Shown here: positions 1-13,799 of the stretch, piece after piece
How the letters are laid out: each line of letters starts with the position of its first letter
How positions within the stretch are numbered: position 1 is the first letter of the stretch
Source: Camelus ferus
Taxonomy: Eukaryota
Direction: 5' to 3'
Assembly: GCF_009834535.1 (NCBI RefSeq)
Contig: NC_045697.1
Coordinates: forward strand, 59,274,001-59,338,000
DNA length: 64,000 nt
Made by a program: the position numbers and the translations under genes
The notes under the pieces: generated by a model
Databases searched by the model: none
Told to the model about the DNA's origin: nothing
The model's input: the letters and a program-made list of their open reading frames with translations, nothing else

Positions 1-547
1 TAATTTCACTCTCCAGCTTAATAGTATCCACTAACTTCCTCTTGGACTCAGAATCAGATCTGAGTTCTTTCCCAAGGCATAAAAGGACCACATCATTTGG
101 CTCTTTCTTGTTTCTCCCCTGTTGCCTTCCTGCTCGCCTCCTCAGTCACTATCCTGCCGCCTCATCAGTCTTTGTTCTATTTTTCCAGTGATCTGTGCTT
201 GTTCCTCCTACTTCAGGGCTTTGAAATTTGCTCTTCCTTGTGCCTGGAATGCTCCTCCTTCATATCTTTGTGTGGCTAGATCCTCGGCAAAATTCAGGTC
301 TCAGCTCAAAGATCACTTCTTCAAATGGCCTTTGCTGCTTTCTTATCTGAAGTGTCATTGTGTCATCCATTCACCGTCCTGTCATCATGTTCTATTTTCT
401 TTATAGCACTCATGCTCATCTGATGTTTATTATTTTGTTTGTTCATTGTCTTTCACCTTCAACTAGAATTTAAATTCCAAGAAAGCAAAGACCTTGTTGG
501 TGTTGTTTAGAGTGGCATATAGAAACATTAAGAAAATTGTTGAATGA
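1..547 (+). mobile_element. L2 LINE 3' fragment
   Basis: Typical L2 3' blocks: 'gcctggaatgctcctcct', 'caggtctcagctcaaagatcacttcttc', 'ctagaatttaaattcc', ending 'aattgttgaatga'. Confidence 0.8.
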
Positions 548-775
548 TTTGCAGGGCATATTTGCAGGGCAGATTTAACTCTAGTAAGGAAATGTAATGA
601 AAATATACTGTCTGTGATGATCTGCTTTAAGTAGAAACCCGTGTTAATGACTGGATTCAAAATGAGTGAGACCAACCACTTTTTGGTTTAATGTTTTAAA
701 ATATTTTAGCAAATGACCTGAATTTCAAACCAGAGAATATATAAATACATATACACATGTGGAAATATATGTTTA

Positions 776-799
776 TGGTTATGTATATATATGTGTGTA

Positions 800-831
<32 letters not shown>
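776..831. repeat. Compound (TA)n/(TG)n microsatellite
   Basis: Seen directly in the sequence. Confidence 0.95.
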
Positions 832-915
832 GTTTGCTCATGAAACCTTAATATAGAATTATTAGACAGTTGGTAGAGTACCTATAGAGTATAATCTGAG
901 TTTAAAATTACTCTT

Positions 916-1141
916 TTTAAAAATTTATGTGTATATTTTTATTGAAAGATAGTCAGTTTACAATGCTGTGTCAATTTCTGGTATACAGCGTAACGCTTTA
1001 ACCATACATGAACATTCATATATTTGTTTTCATATTCTCTTCCATCATAAGTTACTATAAGATATTGAACATAGTTTCCTGTGCTATACAGTATGAACTT
1101 GTTGTCTATCTATTTTATACATATTAGTTAGTATCTGCAAA
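916..1141 (-). mobile_element. 5'-truncated L1 3' end (cetartiodactyl/camelid type)
   Basis: 'tcagtttacaatgctgtgtcaatttctggtatacagc...ctgtgctatacagta' closely matches the L1 3' end at 23.1 kb. Candidate TSD aaattac/ttctt at 905-915 and 1139-1149. Confidence 0.85.
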
Positions 1142-2839
1142 TTATTCTTATTAACTTGAAGAACTTGTCAGAAACAAACAGATTGAAATTCAACAAGAAA
1201 AAGTGAAGATAAATAAGTTTTTGAATTAAATGAATTATTATTTTTACACATCTTATTATTATTTTACACGTCTAATTTACACGTCTAAAATATTTTATGC
1301 CGGATTTATGTATTATGGTAGATAGTTGCATGGATAATGTGGTTTTGGTTTAGATATTTTTATTAGAACAAGAAAATATAAAGCCTTCCTTACTGTATCT
1401 CCCCATCCTCATACATCTCTATACCATATGCCATCCTGTCTGAAATTGCACCACTGCAGAGTCATTGGGTTTAAGTCTTATTATTCCACGTTCTCCTTTG
1501 AAATGACTTTCTTCTTCCAAAGCAGTTTATTAGACCTCTGGGCTCCTGATCTCAAAATGTGAGGATGGTAGAAAGGGAGCCAGGGAGCCAATGGTATTGG
1601 CATGTAGGACAGTGCCAGGGTCGTGGGCCACATGTGGAAGTACTGGGTGCTGACTGCCTGGAGGCGGGGCATCGGTGGGGATCAGCAGGATGTGGAAAAG
1701 ATTGGTCAGCAGCTGCTGAAGCCAAATTCACTTGCCTTGAAATTGTGCCTTAGGCAGGCCCTGTCATCACACTGCTTTTGGTGCTAAGCCCAGATCTGTA
1801 GGGACTGATTAATGCTGAGTACCTTATGGTTCTTGCATTTTACGATCCTACTCATGTATCCCACTATCAGGTTCCCTTTCTTAACTGTAGTCCCATATTG
1901 GTGACCCATTGTCATCTTATCTACTGTGATTCCTGATCCTTTTCCTCCAGCTTGTGCAGCTGGTCCTATCCCACATTGTAATTGGACAACCTTTTTATCT
2001 GAGGCACTACATTTTTTTCTTTCATATTTTTTAAATGAAAAGACCTGAATATATGATTCTGTCAGTATAAGCTCTGCTTATAATAAATTGAACTGCCAAC
2101 CTGAATGAAACATACATCCATATAAGAACTTAAAGATCAGAGTTTGAAAGTAGGCAGTAATATATTCAACCAGCTTTTGAGTACTTGGTATTGGCATCAG
2201 GGACAAAGGAGATTACAGAAAAAACAATACATGCAGGAATAAACAGTAAGAAGCAGCAGACAGAGCATGTAAGGTATATGATAAGAGAAACCTAAGCAGG
2301 TGGTAAATGAAAAAGGGCACAAGACCCTGCCTGCTTTCATCCATCTCCCATTAAAAAGCAAAAACCAAAAAACAAGACAAGACAAAAAATGAAGATTAAA
2401 GGGGACAGAGAAAGAGATAAAATGTAAAACTTTCCTTTTAAAAAGGAGTGAATTTGATATGCAAAAGTAAATTCTTCCCTGGCCTCATTACATCCATTCT
2501 ACCAACTCCACATTATTTATTTCTACCAAATTAATTTTCCTAAATCACAATTATGACTATGTCTCTTACATGCTTAAAGTGGGTGTACACACAGACACAC
2601 ACAGCAGAGACACACCACTTCACTGAATAACCTCCTTTCCTCTGCTTTCAATGTCCTTTACTTTGTCACTACATAGGGTGGTGCTGGTATTAATAGAAAA
2701 ATTTCTCTCCTTGTTCTTCCCAGATTGTTACCAGCTTGTGAACTCCATCATGTAAACTTCCTTAATATTTATCATTGTATTGCCAGTTCAAAACCCAGTG
2801 TCTGGCCCACAGTACAGTAAGTGTGCGCAGCTCTTAGTG

Positions 2840-3165
2840 CTTCTGAACTTTTGCTCATGCAGTTTCTGTTTGGAATGCTTTCTTCCATTTATCTGTAGAT
2901 ACTATGATTATACAACATTCCAGAACCATTTCAGTTAGTTTTTCATGGTTCTACCCAAGTGGAATCATTTCACCATTTCTGTATCACTTAAACATATTTT
3001 TAGTATCTACTTCCATATTCAATCTTATGTAATAGTTTTCTGTATTATTGTCTCTCTGCCTAGGAGACTGTAAGCTTTTTAAAGGTAAGTCTATTTCTTA
3101 CTTTTGGCATCTACTACAGTTCTTTGCAGACAAATTTGCTTGGTATTTCTTACAATGAACCAATG
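2840..3165 (+). mobile_element. L2 3' fragment
   Basis: 'ttttgctcatgcagtttctgtttggaatgct' and 'agactgtaagc' are L2-like motifs. Confidence 0.6.
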
Positions 3166-5019
3166 AGTTGACCAATAAAGAAGTAGAAGATGCCCTCAGT
3201 TTAAATAAATTATTGTATTCTGAACTCACTCTGGATTTAAAAAAATAATTTGTTTATCTATCATATAGTTATTCATGCTTCTAAAGATATACATATGTTT
3301 CTGAGAACTCTGCTATTCATTTGTATAGAATTAGGAATTTAGGATGATTGTCATATCTTCCAAAATTAAAGACTGTATGATTCATCTCTCAGCTGTCTTC
3401 CTAGGATAAACTGTCCTTCCTATTAAAGATAAAACAATGTAAAACTATCACTCTTGAATGAGACAAAAAGTTAACTAAAACAAGACACTAGAGGGATGCT
3501 ACTCAGTTTAATCAATCTGAAAATTTATTTCACACTCTTTTGTGAATTTGTGGAAAACTGTGTAATTTGGTAAACAAAGATCCAGAACTTCTAACGTTTA
3601 ATTACACAGGAGTACCACCATGGGTATTGTCACAAATAATGCGCTAATACCATGCAGAGACAGAGCACTATTCTGAAACACTGATAGAATTGTTCTTCTA
3701 AGATACACAGAACCAATTTGTGCCGCCACCATCTTGTCAAGACAAGACAGCAGTCCTCCTCCTCAGGGCGTGTTTTTGTTTTCCTCCACACTAGTGTTTC
3801 TGTATCCTACTGTTTCCCAATGTTTCTCAGTCTATGAAACATCTGTGACCTTGCCAGGACTAACAGGGAGATGGGGTTTGGATAAAGGAAAACGGAGGAA
3901 GAAAGGAGATGACAACTAGCAGCTGCAGAGGTCTGCAAGCACACACACCTACGTATCATATCCATCTGCCAGCATTCCTTCTCACTCCATGGAGGTGTCA
4001 CCACCCTCCATCTTCCTGGTTAAAAAGCAGACAGAAAAGCAGTGAGGAAATCCAGAATGTCCATAAAACAAGATGTCCTATAGCCTTCTTTAGAGACAGT
4101 GGTCTATGACAGTTACACAGGAATAAAAAACTGAACAATTTCCTAACTCAAAACAAAAACAACCTAGTACTTGATATTATTAATTATGAAACTTTAAAAA
4201 CATTAACTTATAAGAACTCCAAGAAATGGGTTTGTAAAACAAATAAGATGGAAAGTATTCCCCTCAAAAGAAAAAAAAGAAAATTCCCACAAAGAGCAGG
4301 TGGAAAAACAATACAAAGCAATAACAGAAATTATCAAACCAAGACTAGTATTTCAGGGAGTTTTCTTAAAATCTTGACTTTAGGCAGTACTTAATATCTT
4401 TTATGATCACAGCTATTTTATATCTGGACATCTTCCTTCCTGTATTGAAAATAAAAGCTTTGTAATGGATGGATGGAATCTTGCAAAGCACTTTTGAGTT
4501 CTTCAGAAAAACAAAATGGCATGTGAGCTTAATGTGTTACTACACTTTGAGTGCACACACATTTTTAAAGTTTATTGCATCTAAGTATTTTCCCAAATCT
4601 TGTTAGGTAGTGATTTAAGAGGTAGTGGCTCTTTGTTATCTTTGCATTTATGCTTTTCAGATTTATTAATTATATTCATCCCAAAGTAATTTTGTTGTAT
4701 GAAGTTGCTAGGTATACTCAGTATGTCAGGGGAGGATTATTATAGTCCTCATCCACTCTCTCATCCAGCACTGGGCATATAGACATTGAGCTACTAATGA
4801 TAAAATAAATGTTTTCATTACACTTACAAATTTTATTTGAAAGGTAAGCCTTTCAAAACACAAATATTTGGGTCCTCCTTTTGACCATATAGAACTGTTT
4901 TAATTTATGCTCTCTATTGGCTCAGAGTTTCCAGCCACAGACTGCATTTGACTTTGCTATTCCTCATTTGCCAAATCAATTCTTGCTCTTTTCTCTTACA
5001 AAGTCTCTTTTCAACAGTT

Positions 5020-5125
5020 TCAGAAAGATTAAGCTGACTTGCTCCAGGTTACACAGTTGATTTGTTTTCAGAGCCAGGTCTACAGTCTATGTCTGTTGAC
5101 ATCTAATCCACGGCTCTTTTGACAA
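5020..5125 (-). mobile_element. MIR SINE fragment
   Basis: 'gacttgctccaggttacacag...cagagccagg' resembles the reverse complement of the MIR core. Confidence 0.65.
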
Positions 5126-7779
5126 TATCACTTGGCCTCTTAGTTTGTAAAAAAGGATATATACTATTCTCTGGAGAAAGACTCTAGATATTAAATATTT
5201 CTCCAGAGAAATTTCAGGTTCTGAAGATTAAACTTTGCCAGTTAAATATTAAGCCCTTTTCCTATGTTGCCAATATTTATTTTCTTGGCAAGAGCTGTGT
5301 TTTCATCAAAAATGTCTGAAAAATCTTTTCTCTTTGAACTATGTAAAATAGTATCTAAGTTGTGCACTTTCAGCTTGAATAGACAGAAATAGACAGGTTC
5401 ATGGTAATTCAGATGCTGGGGCAAGTCAGGTAAACGAGGTAAAAGGCCAGGCAGCACATGCAGAGCAGGTCTTGGGAAACTCACAGAGACTAGTGCTGCA
5501 TGATCTGTTGTTGACCAGCACCCTCCAGGACAGCAAAGGAATCTATCAATGCCAGGAGACTGACACGAGGGCATGGTCTGTTAAGTATCATGATTAGGAA
5601 ATGATGAGTTCCTCCCATGGCATGCGTGATCAGTACCCAGCATGCAGTAGCAACATCAACGAATGGCAGATCCTGATTTTCAGCCCTATTCCACTGACAT
5701 GGCAGAGAGAGCACCAGACCCTCCCCTGGTGTAGTCATGGAAGATACGTTACAAGATTTCTGTCACAGACTTCCTGGGTGCATGAGTGGAGCAGCATACC
5801 ACCTCTACATTCCACTAAGATTGAGTGGCTTAAGCACTCAGCTGTAGCCATTTCCACTGGGTTCTGTGGGTCCTGTCTGAAGATAAACAGGCAGTTTAAT
5901 CCTTACCTCTCACAGAAGAAAGATAAACAGAAAATAGTGTCTGAAGTTACTAAGTTAGGTCTTACTGAAGTATCTTATTTAGGTAGAACAAAAAGTCTGG
6001 AGAAAAAGGGGTAAGTCTAATGGTCATCCTCAACTTTAGTGTTTATAATGACTCAGTCAGATATATGACTCAACTTATTTGTGTGTTTGTAATATAGACT
6101 TTCTGAGAGGGGAAGCATTTTCATTTGTAGAAGGTCATCCTGATGATCTTTCTATATTCTTAAATTAACTTTGTCTAGGTTTTAAGAAACAAGAAGTAAA
6201 GATGATGGTTAGACTAATAATTTTCTTATCCATAAAAAGGCTTATTTCCATGAGTTCATTCCAGTCTCTTAGAGAATATATTTTGAAGTGTTTAAAGTGA
6301 CTTTCCCTTCGTGATCACCCAGATCTATGCCTAGCCACAGTGTAATTAATTTCAGCTAACACATGCTGGAGGTGTAAGTGCTTAGATCACTCAAGTCGCC
6401 ACAATCAGCTGCGTCCTTCGGTGGCTGTTGATCATGACCCCAGGCCCTGGTAGAACCACCCATTTAGCCATTGTCATGATTGATGTTGTTACATCAGCCT
6501 AACAGGGGTTGATATCAGCTCTTTTGCTGGATGAAATAATGGATTGATTGTGCCACAATTCATATATTTCATAAGTAAAGATGAGACTTTAAATGATGTG
6601 ATCAGAAGAGGGACTGAAATTCCAGGCTAAGGTAGAATTGAAGCAGTCATGATGAAAAATTTCAACATACAAATCAAAAATTTTTTATATTGTCACATTT
6701 CAGTTGGAATATGAAATATATATATTGTCTTTGATTTGAAAGTGTGTTTTTGGCACTATTTTTAATGCTATTATTATAACATTAAAATGCTGGAATTCTG
6801 GGATTTTGGTAACAATGATTTCAATAAAACTTTATCTTTAATACTTGATAGAATATATAATATTATAATATTATAATTCACTGTTGTCAAAGTAAATTTT
6901 GAGCTTTAAAACAATGAAAGTCTTTTTTGCTTTGTAACCCAGAACTGTAGACTCAGTCCCACTGAGTCCAATGGCAGAAATCATAGTTAGATGTTTTTTT
7001 TTCCCCAATTATACTAATCTTTAGAGGAAGGCAAGGCTACTATAAAGAAGCACATCATAGAACAGACTAAATTTTATCTTTATGATTTCCAGTTTGACTC
7101 ATTAGGCTTCGAATTATTTGGTAAATTAATGACATTTAATAGTCTGATGAATAGGCCACACTGGTTTATTTTTTATTTAGTTAAAGTTAAACCTCACTTG
7201 AATGCATGTTAGAATAAAAATGAACTCAAGTTTTAATTGTTAAGGATAGTGTAAAATTTTGAGTCCAGATCGTGTAACTCTTCTAATAGAAATCCTCTGG
7301 CATCTTGGAAGAGCTGGAAATAGGAAAAATATAAAAATATTTTGCTTTTGTTTAAATATTATCATTTTTGAAGTGTTATAAAATTCTCAACCTTTTAAAA
7401 TCAGACATTTTTATGACAAGAGTACCATGAGGTCAAAGACAGGTTTTTATAAATGCTTAGCTTATATTTCTGTACATCTATAAAGAAACAGAAAATTGTC
7501 ACCAAAAAAAGGTTAAAGATAAATGGGTTTGTTATTTGATATTCTTAAAAAGAACAAATGGAGCTGCCAATTTACAGTGTGCTCTTTTAGAACATTATCT
7601 TTTTGTCATTATTGGTAACCATATGGTCCTTATAATTGCTAAATATGTTGATTGTTCTATTATTCTTTCTACCAAGAAGGTTTTCTGATTCTCCTCTAGC
7701 ATAAAGGAGATTCAAGCCAGGCAAATGATACTTGATGATAATTCATTATTTTATTCCAGAGGACATAAAAAAATCTAAC

Positions 7780-7998
7780 ATGGAAAAAAAAAAACTTCTG
7801 AAATCAAGTAAGTTTGAGAAACATGAAATTGAATAGAGTTTATTTGTGCAGGATTTGTTTGAGTCTTTACCATGCTAGTGTGAAGTATGACATCAAATGG
7901 GAATTTTCTCTTTGCCAATGTATTTTATAACCCTCCCCATCTCCACAAAATACCTGTTGGTTCTGATGTTCTGAACAACACACTTTAGGAAATGTTGC
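7780..7998. mobile_element. hAT-Charlie DNA transposon remnant (MER112-like)
   Basis: 'aagtttgagaaac...caggatttgtttgagtctttaccatgcta...cactttaggaaatgttg' resembles MER112. Confidence 0.5.
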
Positions 7999-8122
7999 TT
8001 AAGTTTAGGAGGTAAAGGGCCTTGAGTAGATTTTCTTGCATTTTTAATAACAGAATGACTCATATTTAATTAAAGTTTGTATTGTATGCTTCTGATATGT
8101 CAGGCAAAATGTTAAATGCTGG

Positions 8123-8619
8123 TGTATTTGTTTTCTATTGCTATCATAACAAATTACAATAAATTTAGAGGTTTAAAATAGCACACATTTATTTTCATCC
8201 AGTCTGTAGTCTAGAAGCCTGACATGAGTCTCACTAGACTAAAATCAAGGTAGTCTTGACTTCCTTACTGAAGGCTCTTGGGGAAAATGTTCCCTTGCAC
8301 ATTCCAGTGTTGGCAGAATGCAGCTCCTTGCAACTGTGGGACTGAGATCCCCATTTTCTCGCTGTCAGCTGAGGGCCATTCTCAGCTTCGAGAGTCCTCC
8401 TACCTTTCTTGGCTCCTCCTTCCTCCATCTTCAAAGCCCCCAGTGGTGGGTATCTCTTTCTTCTAGCTCATCTTTCTGAGACAGGAAATGTTCTCCACTT
8501 TTAAGGACTCTTGTAATTAGATTGGGCCAACGTGCTTAATTCAGGATACCCATCTGTAGAGTCCCTTTTGCTATGTAAAATAACATTCACAGTTTCCAGC
8601 TATTATTCTACCTACCACA
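8123..8619 (-). mobile_element. MaLR solo LTR (MLT1D/E-like)
   Basis: TG...CA termini. Reverse complement starts 'tgtggtaggtagaataat...gcaaaagggact'. Near-identical 5-bp flanks gctgg/gctgc. Confidence 0.85.
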
Positions 8620-8929
8620 GCTGCCAACAGAAGACTGTGTGAGATTCAGACTCTGCCCTCCGGTGACTTCCAGTTAGCGTGGGTCTCATGCTACTAAACT
8701 CATAAGTAAACATTAGTCAATCACCTAATAGAATGTTTAACAAAGTTATGATGAGATCTGAAGATTACAATACTTATATATCTCATTATCGGAATACTTG
8801 AGAAGCTGCTAAAGAAACAATGATATGTTTCCACGATAGCCATGAGTGGATATGGTTAAGGGAAATTCCACCCTGGCTATGGTGAGGCCTTATCCTCAAT
8901 ACATTCCCCAGAATTTATTTGGAATGGGT

Positions 8930-8972
8930 TCTCTCTCCCTTTCTCTGCCCACCCCGCTCTCTCTCCCTCCCT

Positions 8973-9005
<33 letters not shown>
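8930..9005. repeat. CT-rich / (CT)n microsatellite
   Basis: Seen directly in the sequence. Confidence 0.95.
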
Positions 9006-10974
9006 AGGTTGTAATACTCTAATATATGAATTTGGACCCAGTATGTTTGAGGCTAAGAAGATGTTCTTATACACAAGAAACTCCATTCATAATCCTTTGA
9101 ATTACATTTTTCCCCTCCATCCAGGTCAGATATAGAAATGGGATTTGGTAAAAACAGATGCTGATAAAATTGTTTTGAAAATACACTACTTTTTACCTTC
9201 AGTTGTTGTTTTTGCTGGTTAGACAGTTCTCACTCTCCTCCTGCGAAACATGTTTTTGATTTTCTAGTCATTATTTTATCCTTAGTTTCTTTTAATGTTG
9301 TTGGCCCTTCCAGCAGTAGTGATTCAAAATAGTAGTGTGTGCTTTGGATAGAAATTAAAGGCTGCATTTCTCCCACCCACCTTTTCTTTTAACAAAATAG
9401 CTTGCTGGTTTTTTGAGCTTTGAGTTTTAAATGAAATAGGATGAAAACTTTTTTTTTTTGAGCATGCACTTAAGTGACAAGAATGAACTCTTTCTCTAAT
9501 CAGATCTAGTTTCCATTTTCCCTATGAAATGCTGCATAAACATGCCAACTTCTTTCTCTGAGCTGGCCTCTCTAAAAGCTATGCAAACCATCTCTCTAGG
9601 GTTAACACATTCTTCTCTCACCTTTGGATGTGCAAACGAGTTTAGTTATCCTCCCTTGAGACTATCTCCTGGTCACTTGTATTAGCATTTGAGTCTCCTG
9701 ATGTTTGACCCACCATTCTATAGATTATTTCTCAGGCTGGGTTACTTCTGTAGCCCTTTAAATCTACTGAGTACTTATATAACCAAATGGATTGTGCATA
9801 TGGATGGTTAATTCAGTCACATCTTGTCTATGAATACAACAGTGTATATAAGGCATGACCTTTTTCATGTCTTTGAGGTGACATTATTTCTTCAGCTTCC
9901 ACTGCTTCTTTCTTTAGAAAAAAGAAAAACAAAAACAAAAGCCGTCTTTTGTTTTGACAGAAGATCCATACATTGATAGATTTTCTGCATCCTGTAATGT
10001 TATTTATTGCTAAATAAAATGATAAAAAATATGGTTTCTGATAAGGAATTGGCCAACTGTCCTGCCAATGCATCCTCAATACTGGCAACATTTAAAATCA
10101 GTGTTTTTCAGAGAATGGGCAAGCTATATCTGTTCCAGATATTCTAGATCTATATTCTGTATTCTATATATGTTCCAGATATTCTTACCTAATACTGTTA
10201 CTCATTTTGATTAGACCTATAATTCCCATACAAGTTTTGGAAAATAATTACCTGGAACATACACTCAATGTGAATCTTATTCAGTGGAGAAAATAAGCAA
10301 AGCTCTGGTTACTGATAGACAACTACTCATTATAATCACTGGTTCTTTGAGATCTGTTCATTGGGTAGCAGATCATTATGTATCATATAAAGAGAAAATA
10401 AAATTAGACAAGTGTCCTCAACCTTTTCGCTCAACTCTAAACTATTTAAGGCTTCACTCTAAATATATATTTTAAAAATAGCATCTTTTCTGATAACAGG
10501 TTGGCATCTTTAAGGGAGTATTGCTGACCAATTAGCATTGCTGAAGGGGGCGGCTGTGTCATTAGTGTGTGAGCATTGTCAGAGACACTCCCTGCCCACT
10601 AGGTGCCAGAGCTTTAATCAACTTCAGGTAAGGCGTCCTGGTGGGACTCCAGGATTATGGAGAGGAAAGGAGGTATCTGCGATATTAAATGATTGGGAGC
10701 CTAGAAAAAGGGAATGCAACTAAAATTTTTCTAATTCGATTTTACCCTAAATTCCAATGCAGAGAATTTGGGTAACTTGAACTGGATCACTAGAATGCTT
10801 CTTTTTCCTAAGGTACATTTTCAGACCAAAGTCGTGGGGTATTGCCTGCTTTATTTTATATCCCCTCTGTCCATCCTTTCCATACAACATGGGTCTCAGA
10901 TCATTTCACATTTCACTAAGTAAAGGAAAGAGGCAAAGCAGCTTATGTCCTTTCTGTAGGAGTAGGCTTCATTT

Positions 10975-11400
10975 AACACTAGATTTTGCTGCATATAACG
11001 GAAAGTATAAAAATAACACTGGTTTAAATAAGGTACAATTTAAAGATTATTTAGAAATAATCTCTCTCAAAATTAAAGCCACGAGGTAGGTGATTTTCAA
11101 GGCTGATTTGTTGGTTCCGTAGCTAGCAGGGCTCCAGTTTCACTACGTTTTGCTCCACTAGCCTAGACACACAGCCTTCATTCCCGAGATTGCTGCATAG
11201 ACACAGATGACTGTAGGAGCTCCCGCCCTCACATCTCCATTATAGGAGCAGGAAATGGCAAAGGAAAAAAAAAAGTCTTTAAGCAGACATCTTAGAAGTC
11301 TCACAGCTCTGATGCTTAGATATTAATTGTCAGAACTTAGCCATATTAACATACCTAGGTACTATGGAGGCAGGAAAGTTAACCTTTAACCTCTAGGCAC
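10975..11400 (-). mobile_element. Old MaLR LTR (MLT1J/K-like)
   Basis: 'ttttgctgcatataac...aataacactggtttaaataag' and 'cagaacttagccatat...acctagg' motifs. Confidence 0.6.
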
Positions 11401-11814
11401 TGCCACAATGGAAATTTCAGACTCCTCCATCTCTAAAATTCTGAATTTTTCTACTGTCCTGAAAATATTTAAGAAGTTTTGAGAATTCTATGATGTTTTG
11501 AAATCTAAATTGATGCTAACCTGAGGAACAAGATATATAGATGTGATTTTCATTGTTTCAAAAATCTTTTAAAAATCTAAGGCAAGTTGCAAACTTTGGG
11601 TACCCCATTCTTTCCATACACAGATGGAAACACTATATTTTATGGCTTAGCAGCTGACAAAAATGTTTTGGTTTTGTTTCTGCAGTTGCTGAGTGTTATT
11701 TTATGTATTGTTTTAAATGATGGTGATTTGTTTCTTTATTATCTTAGACTTCCTCCCCCAACACATATACAAAATTAACCAATATTAAATTTTGTGACAG
11801 CTACCTAAATGATA

Positions 11815-12050
11815 TTCATTAACTGACATACCGTTTACTGTGTGTCAGCTACTGTTCTAAGGGCTCTGGATATTGGCAGCTTGTGTCCTTATAACCTCCC
11901 TGTATGATGACTGCTAATATTGTTCCTATTTTATAGGTAAAGAGATTGAGGCCAAAAATGATAAATAATCCATTCAAAGTTGTACAGGTGGTGCTGCCAT
12001 TTGAACTTAGGCATACTGATTGTGGAATGTATGATAGTTGGTACCATTAT
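11815..12050 (-). mobile_element. MIR SINE
   Basis: 'tactgtgtgtcagctactgttctaagggct...cctattttataggtaaagagattgagg' matches reverse-complement MIR. Confidence 0.75.
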
Positions 12051-13799
12051 GCTACAAAATCTTTAGAGATACACACTTCACTTCTAAAATACCAAACTTA
12101 CTTCAAGAACATTCCGTTACTCTTCTAATTAAGCACAGCAATAATTATTTGATTATACAGATCTAGAAACTCCAGGAAGAATAGGTGAAATGTTTGGTTT
12201 TAGCTGATAATGTCAATCAGAGTTGTAAATAGAACTCAGGTTTCCTGACTTCAGACAAGTGCTAAAATAGCATGAGCCCTCTCATCTATTTGCAGACAGC
12301 AATATTCATGACATTCTTCTATAGAAAAATATATTCTGATCTTTTTAAATTAATTGTTGAGAAATGAAATGTGAATCCAAATTATTTAAGCTTGTTTTCT
12401 TTCCTTTTTATAGATTTAGCAATTTTGTGGTCACAAGAATACTGTATGTCATGAGGTAAAAAACCAAAGACTTGACAGGGGAAAATATACTTCTTTTGTT
12501 CCTTACCAAAGTATACTATTTGTGCATTTGAAAACAAATTACTGGAATTCTTATACCTAGAGCCCTCCAAAAGTGAATTATGTCTCTTTTCCAGGGAGTA
12601 TTTGTATTTATTACTTGATTTACTTTACTTTATTGCTTTAATCTTTATTAAAGATTTCCTATATAAAAAGATAAAGCAATGGCAAATCTAACATTTGAAA
12701 CAGATCAAAAAATCAGTTTCGAGCTTATTGAATCCTATCAAACTTAAGCATGATTCAAACACTTCAGATCTTCATAGAGACAATTATGAAATGAAAATGT
12801 TTACAAAGCATATGCAGCATGTGTTTTACAACCTTTAGATTTTGTTTCCAGGAGCTTCTGAATCATTGCTGCTGTTTATAATCTGCATCTGTTATAAAAT
12901 CAAATAAAAATGATAAAAATTTGTTTATATGAATAGAATTAAAAGAAAAAAAAACAAAGAGAGTAAAAAATGTATTTGTTTTAGGAAGGAAATGAGACAA
13001 CAGTCAGGTTAGGGTACCTTGAGGAAAAACCTTGATTGTAGTCCCCATAGGAAGACCCCATAGGATGGAATTACCTGGAGAATTCATGAAGGTTCAGGTT
13101 GTAAACTCAGGTTTCCTGGGTCTCTGACCAGACTTGAGGAGGCAGATGAGATAATTAGAGACATTGGAGTATATATAATTATTATACCAAATTATTGAAT
13201 ATACTCTTTTGGCTTAAGCCTAAGAATATTCCCTCTTCAAATTCAGATACATCTGAAAATCTCAGACAGATAGACTGGGCAGTAGGTGTTTCTAGAAATC
13301 TGTTTGTATAAGAGACAGAGAAACCTTCTAGGAGAGACTACCTCCTAAGAGATAAGGGAGTTCAGCCTCTGTTCTGATTCTGAGAAAACATGGTGTTTGT
13401 CACATAAGTTAACCGCCATCCTACTTTACATGAACTCATGTCTAAATCCTAAGTCAAGAGAACTCTGCGTAAATAATGTAAAACTCTGAGGATTGTGGCC
13501 ACACTAAGTTCTCCTTGAGAGTGTGACTCCAAAAGGGAAGAGGCATTCTCTCTTGTGTAGTCAAAGATGACAGAGCTTCGGCTGCTTAAGATTGCCCTTG
13601 TACCAACACTATTGGCAGTGGGGAGCAGCAGTACTTGTCAGAAGAATCAGTTATTAATTAAAAACCGATGGCATATAGTGAGAAGACAGCAGTATTTGAG
13701 TGAGCTGGACTCTGAGAAAAAGTGGAGGTGTTCTCAGAGGGGACAGTACCTTGTAGAAGTGGTGATATAGCAGAGGCAGGAGCATTGTCTAGAAGAAGA

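Noticed and set aside
1480..1900. GC-richer block as a possible pseudogene
   Set aside because: No recognisable translation, poly(A) or TSD. It may be an old repeat, but I cannot assign it.
5242..6014. ORFs of 110 and 137 aa
   Set aside because: No recognisable protein similarity and no convincing exon structure; lengths are compatible with chance.
7760..7807. 48-nt plus-strand exon (ttccag|...|gtaagt) with an open frame
   Set aside because: It contains an A homopolymer and the donor lies in a MER112-like remnant; probably chance.
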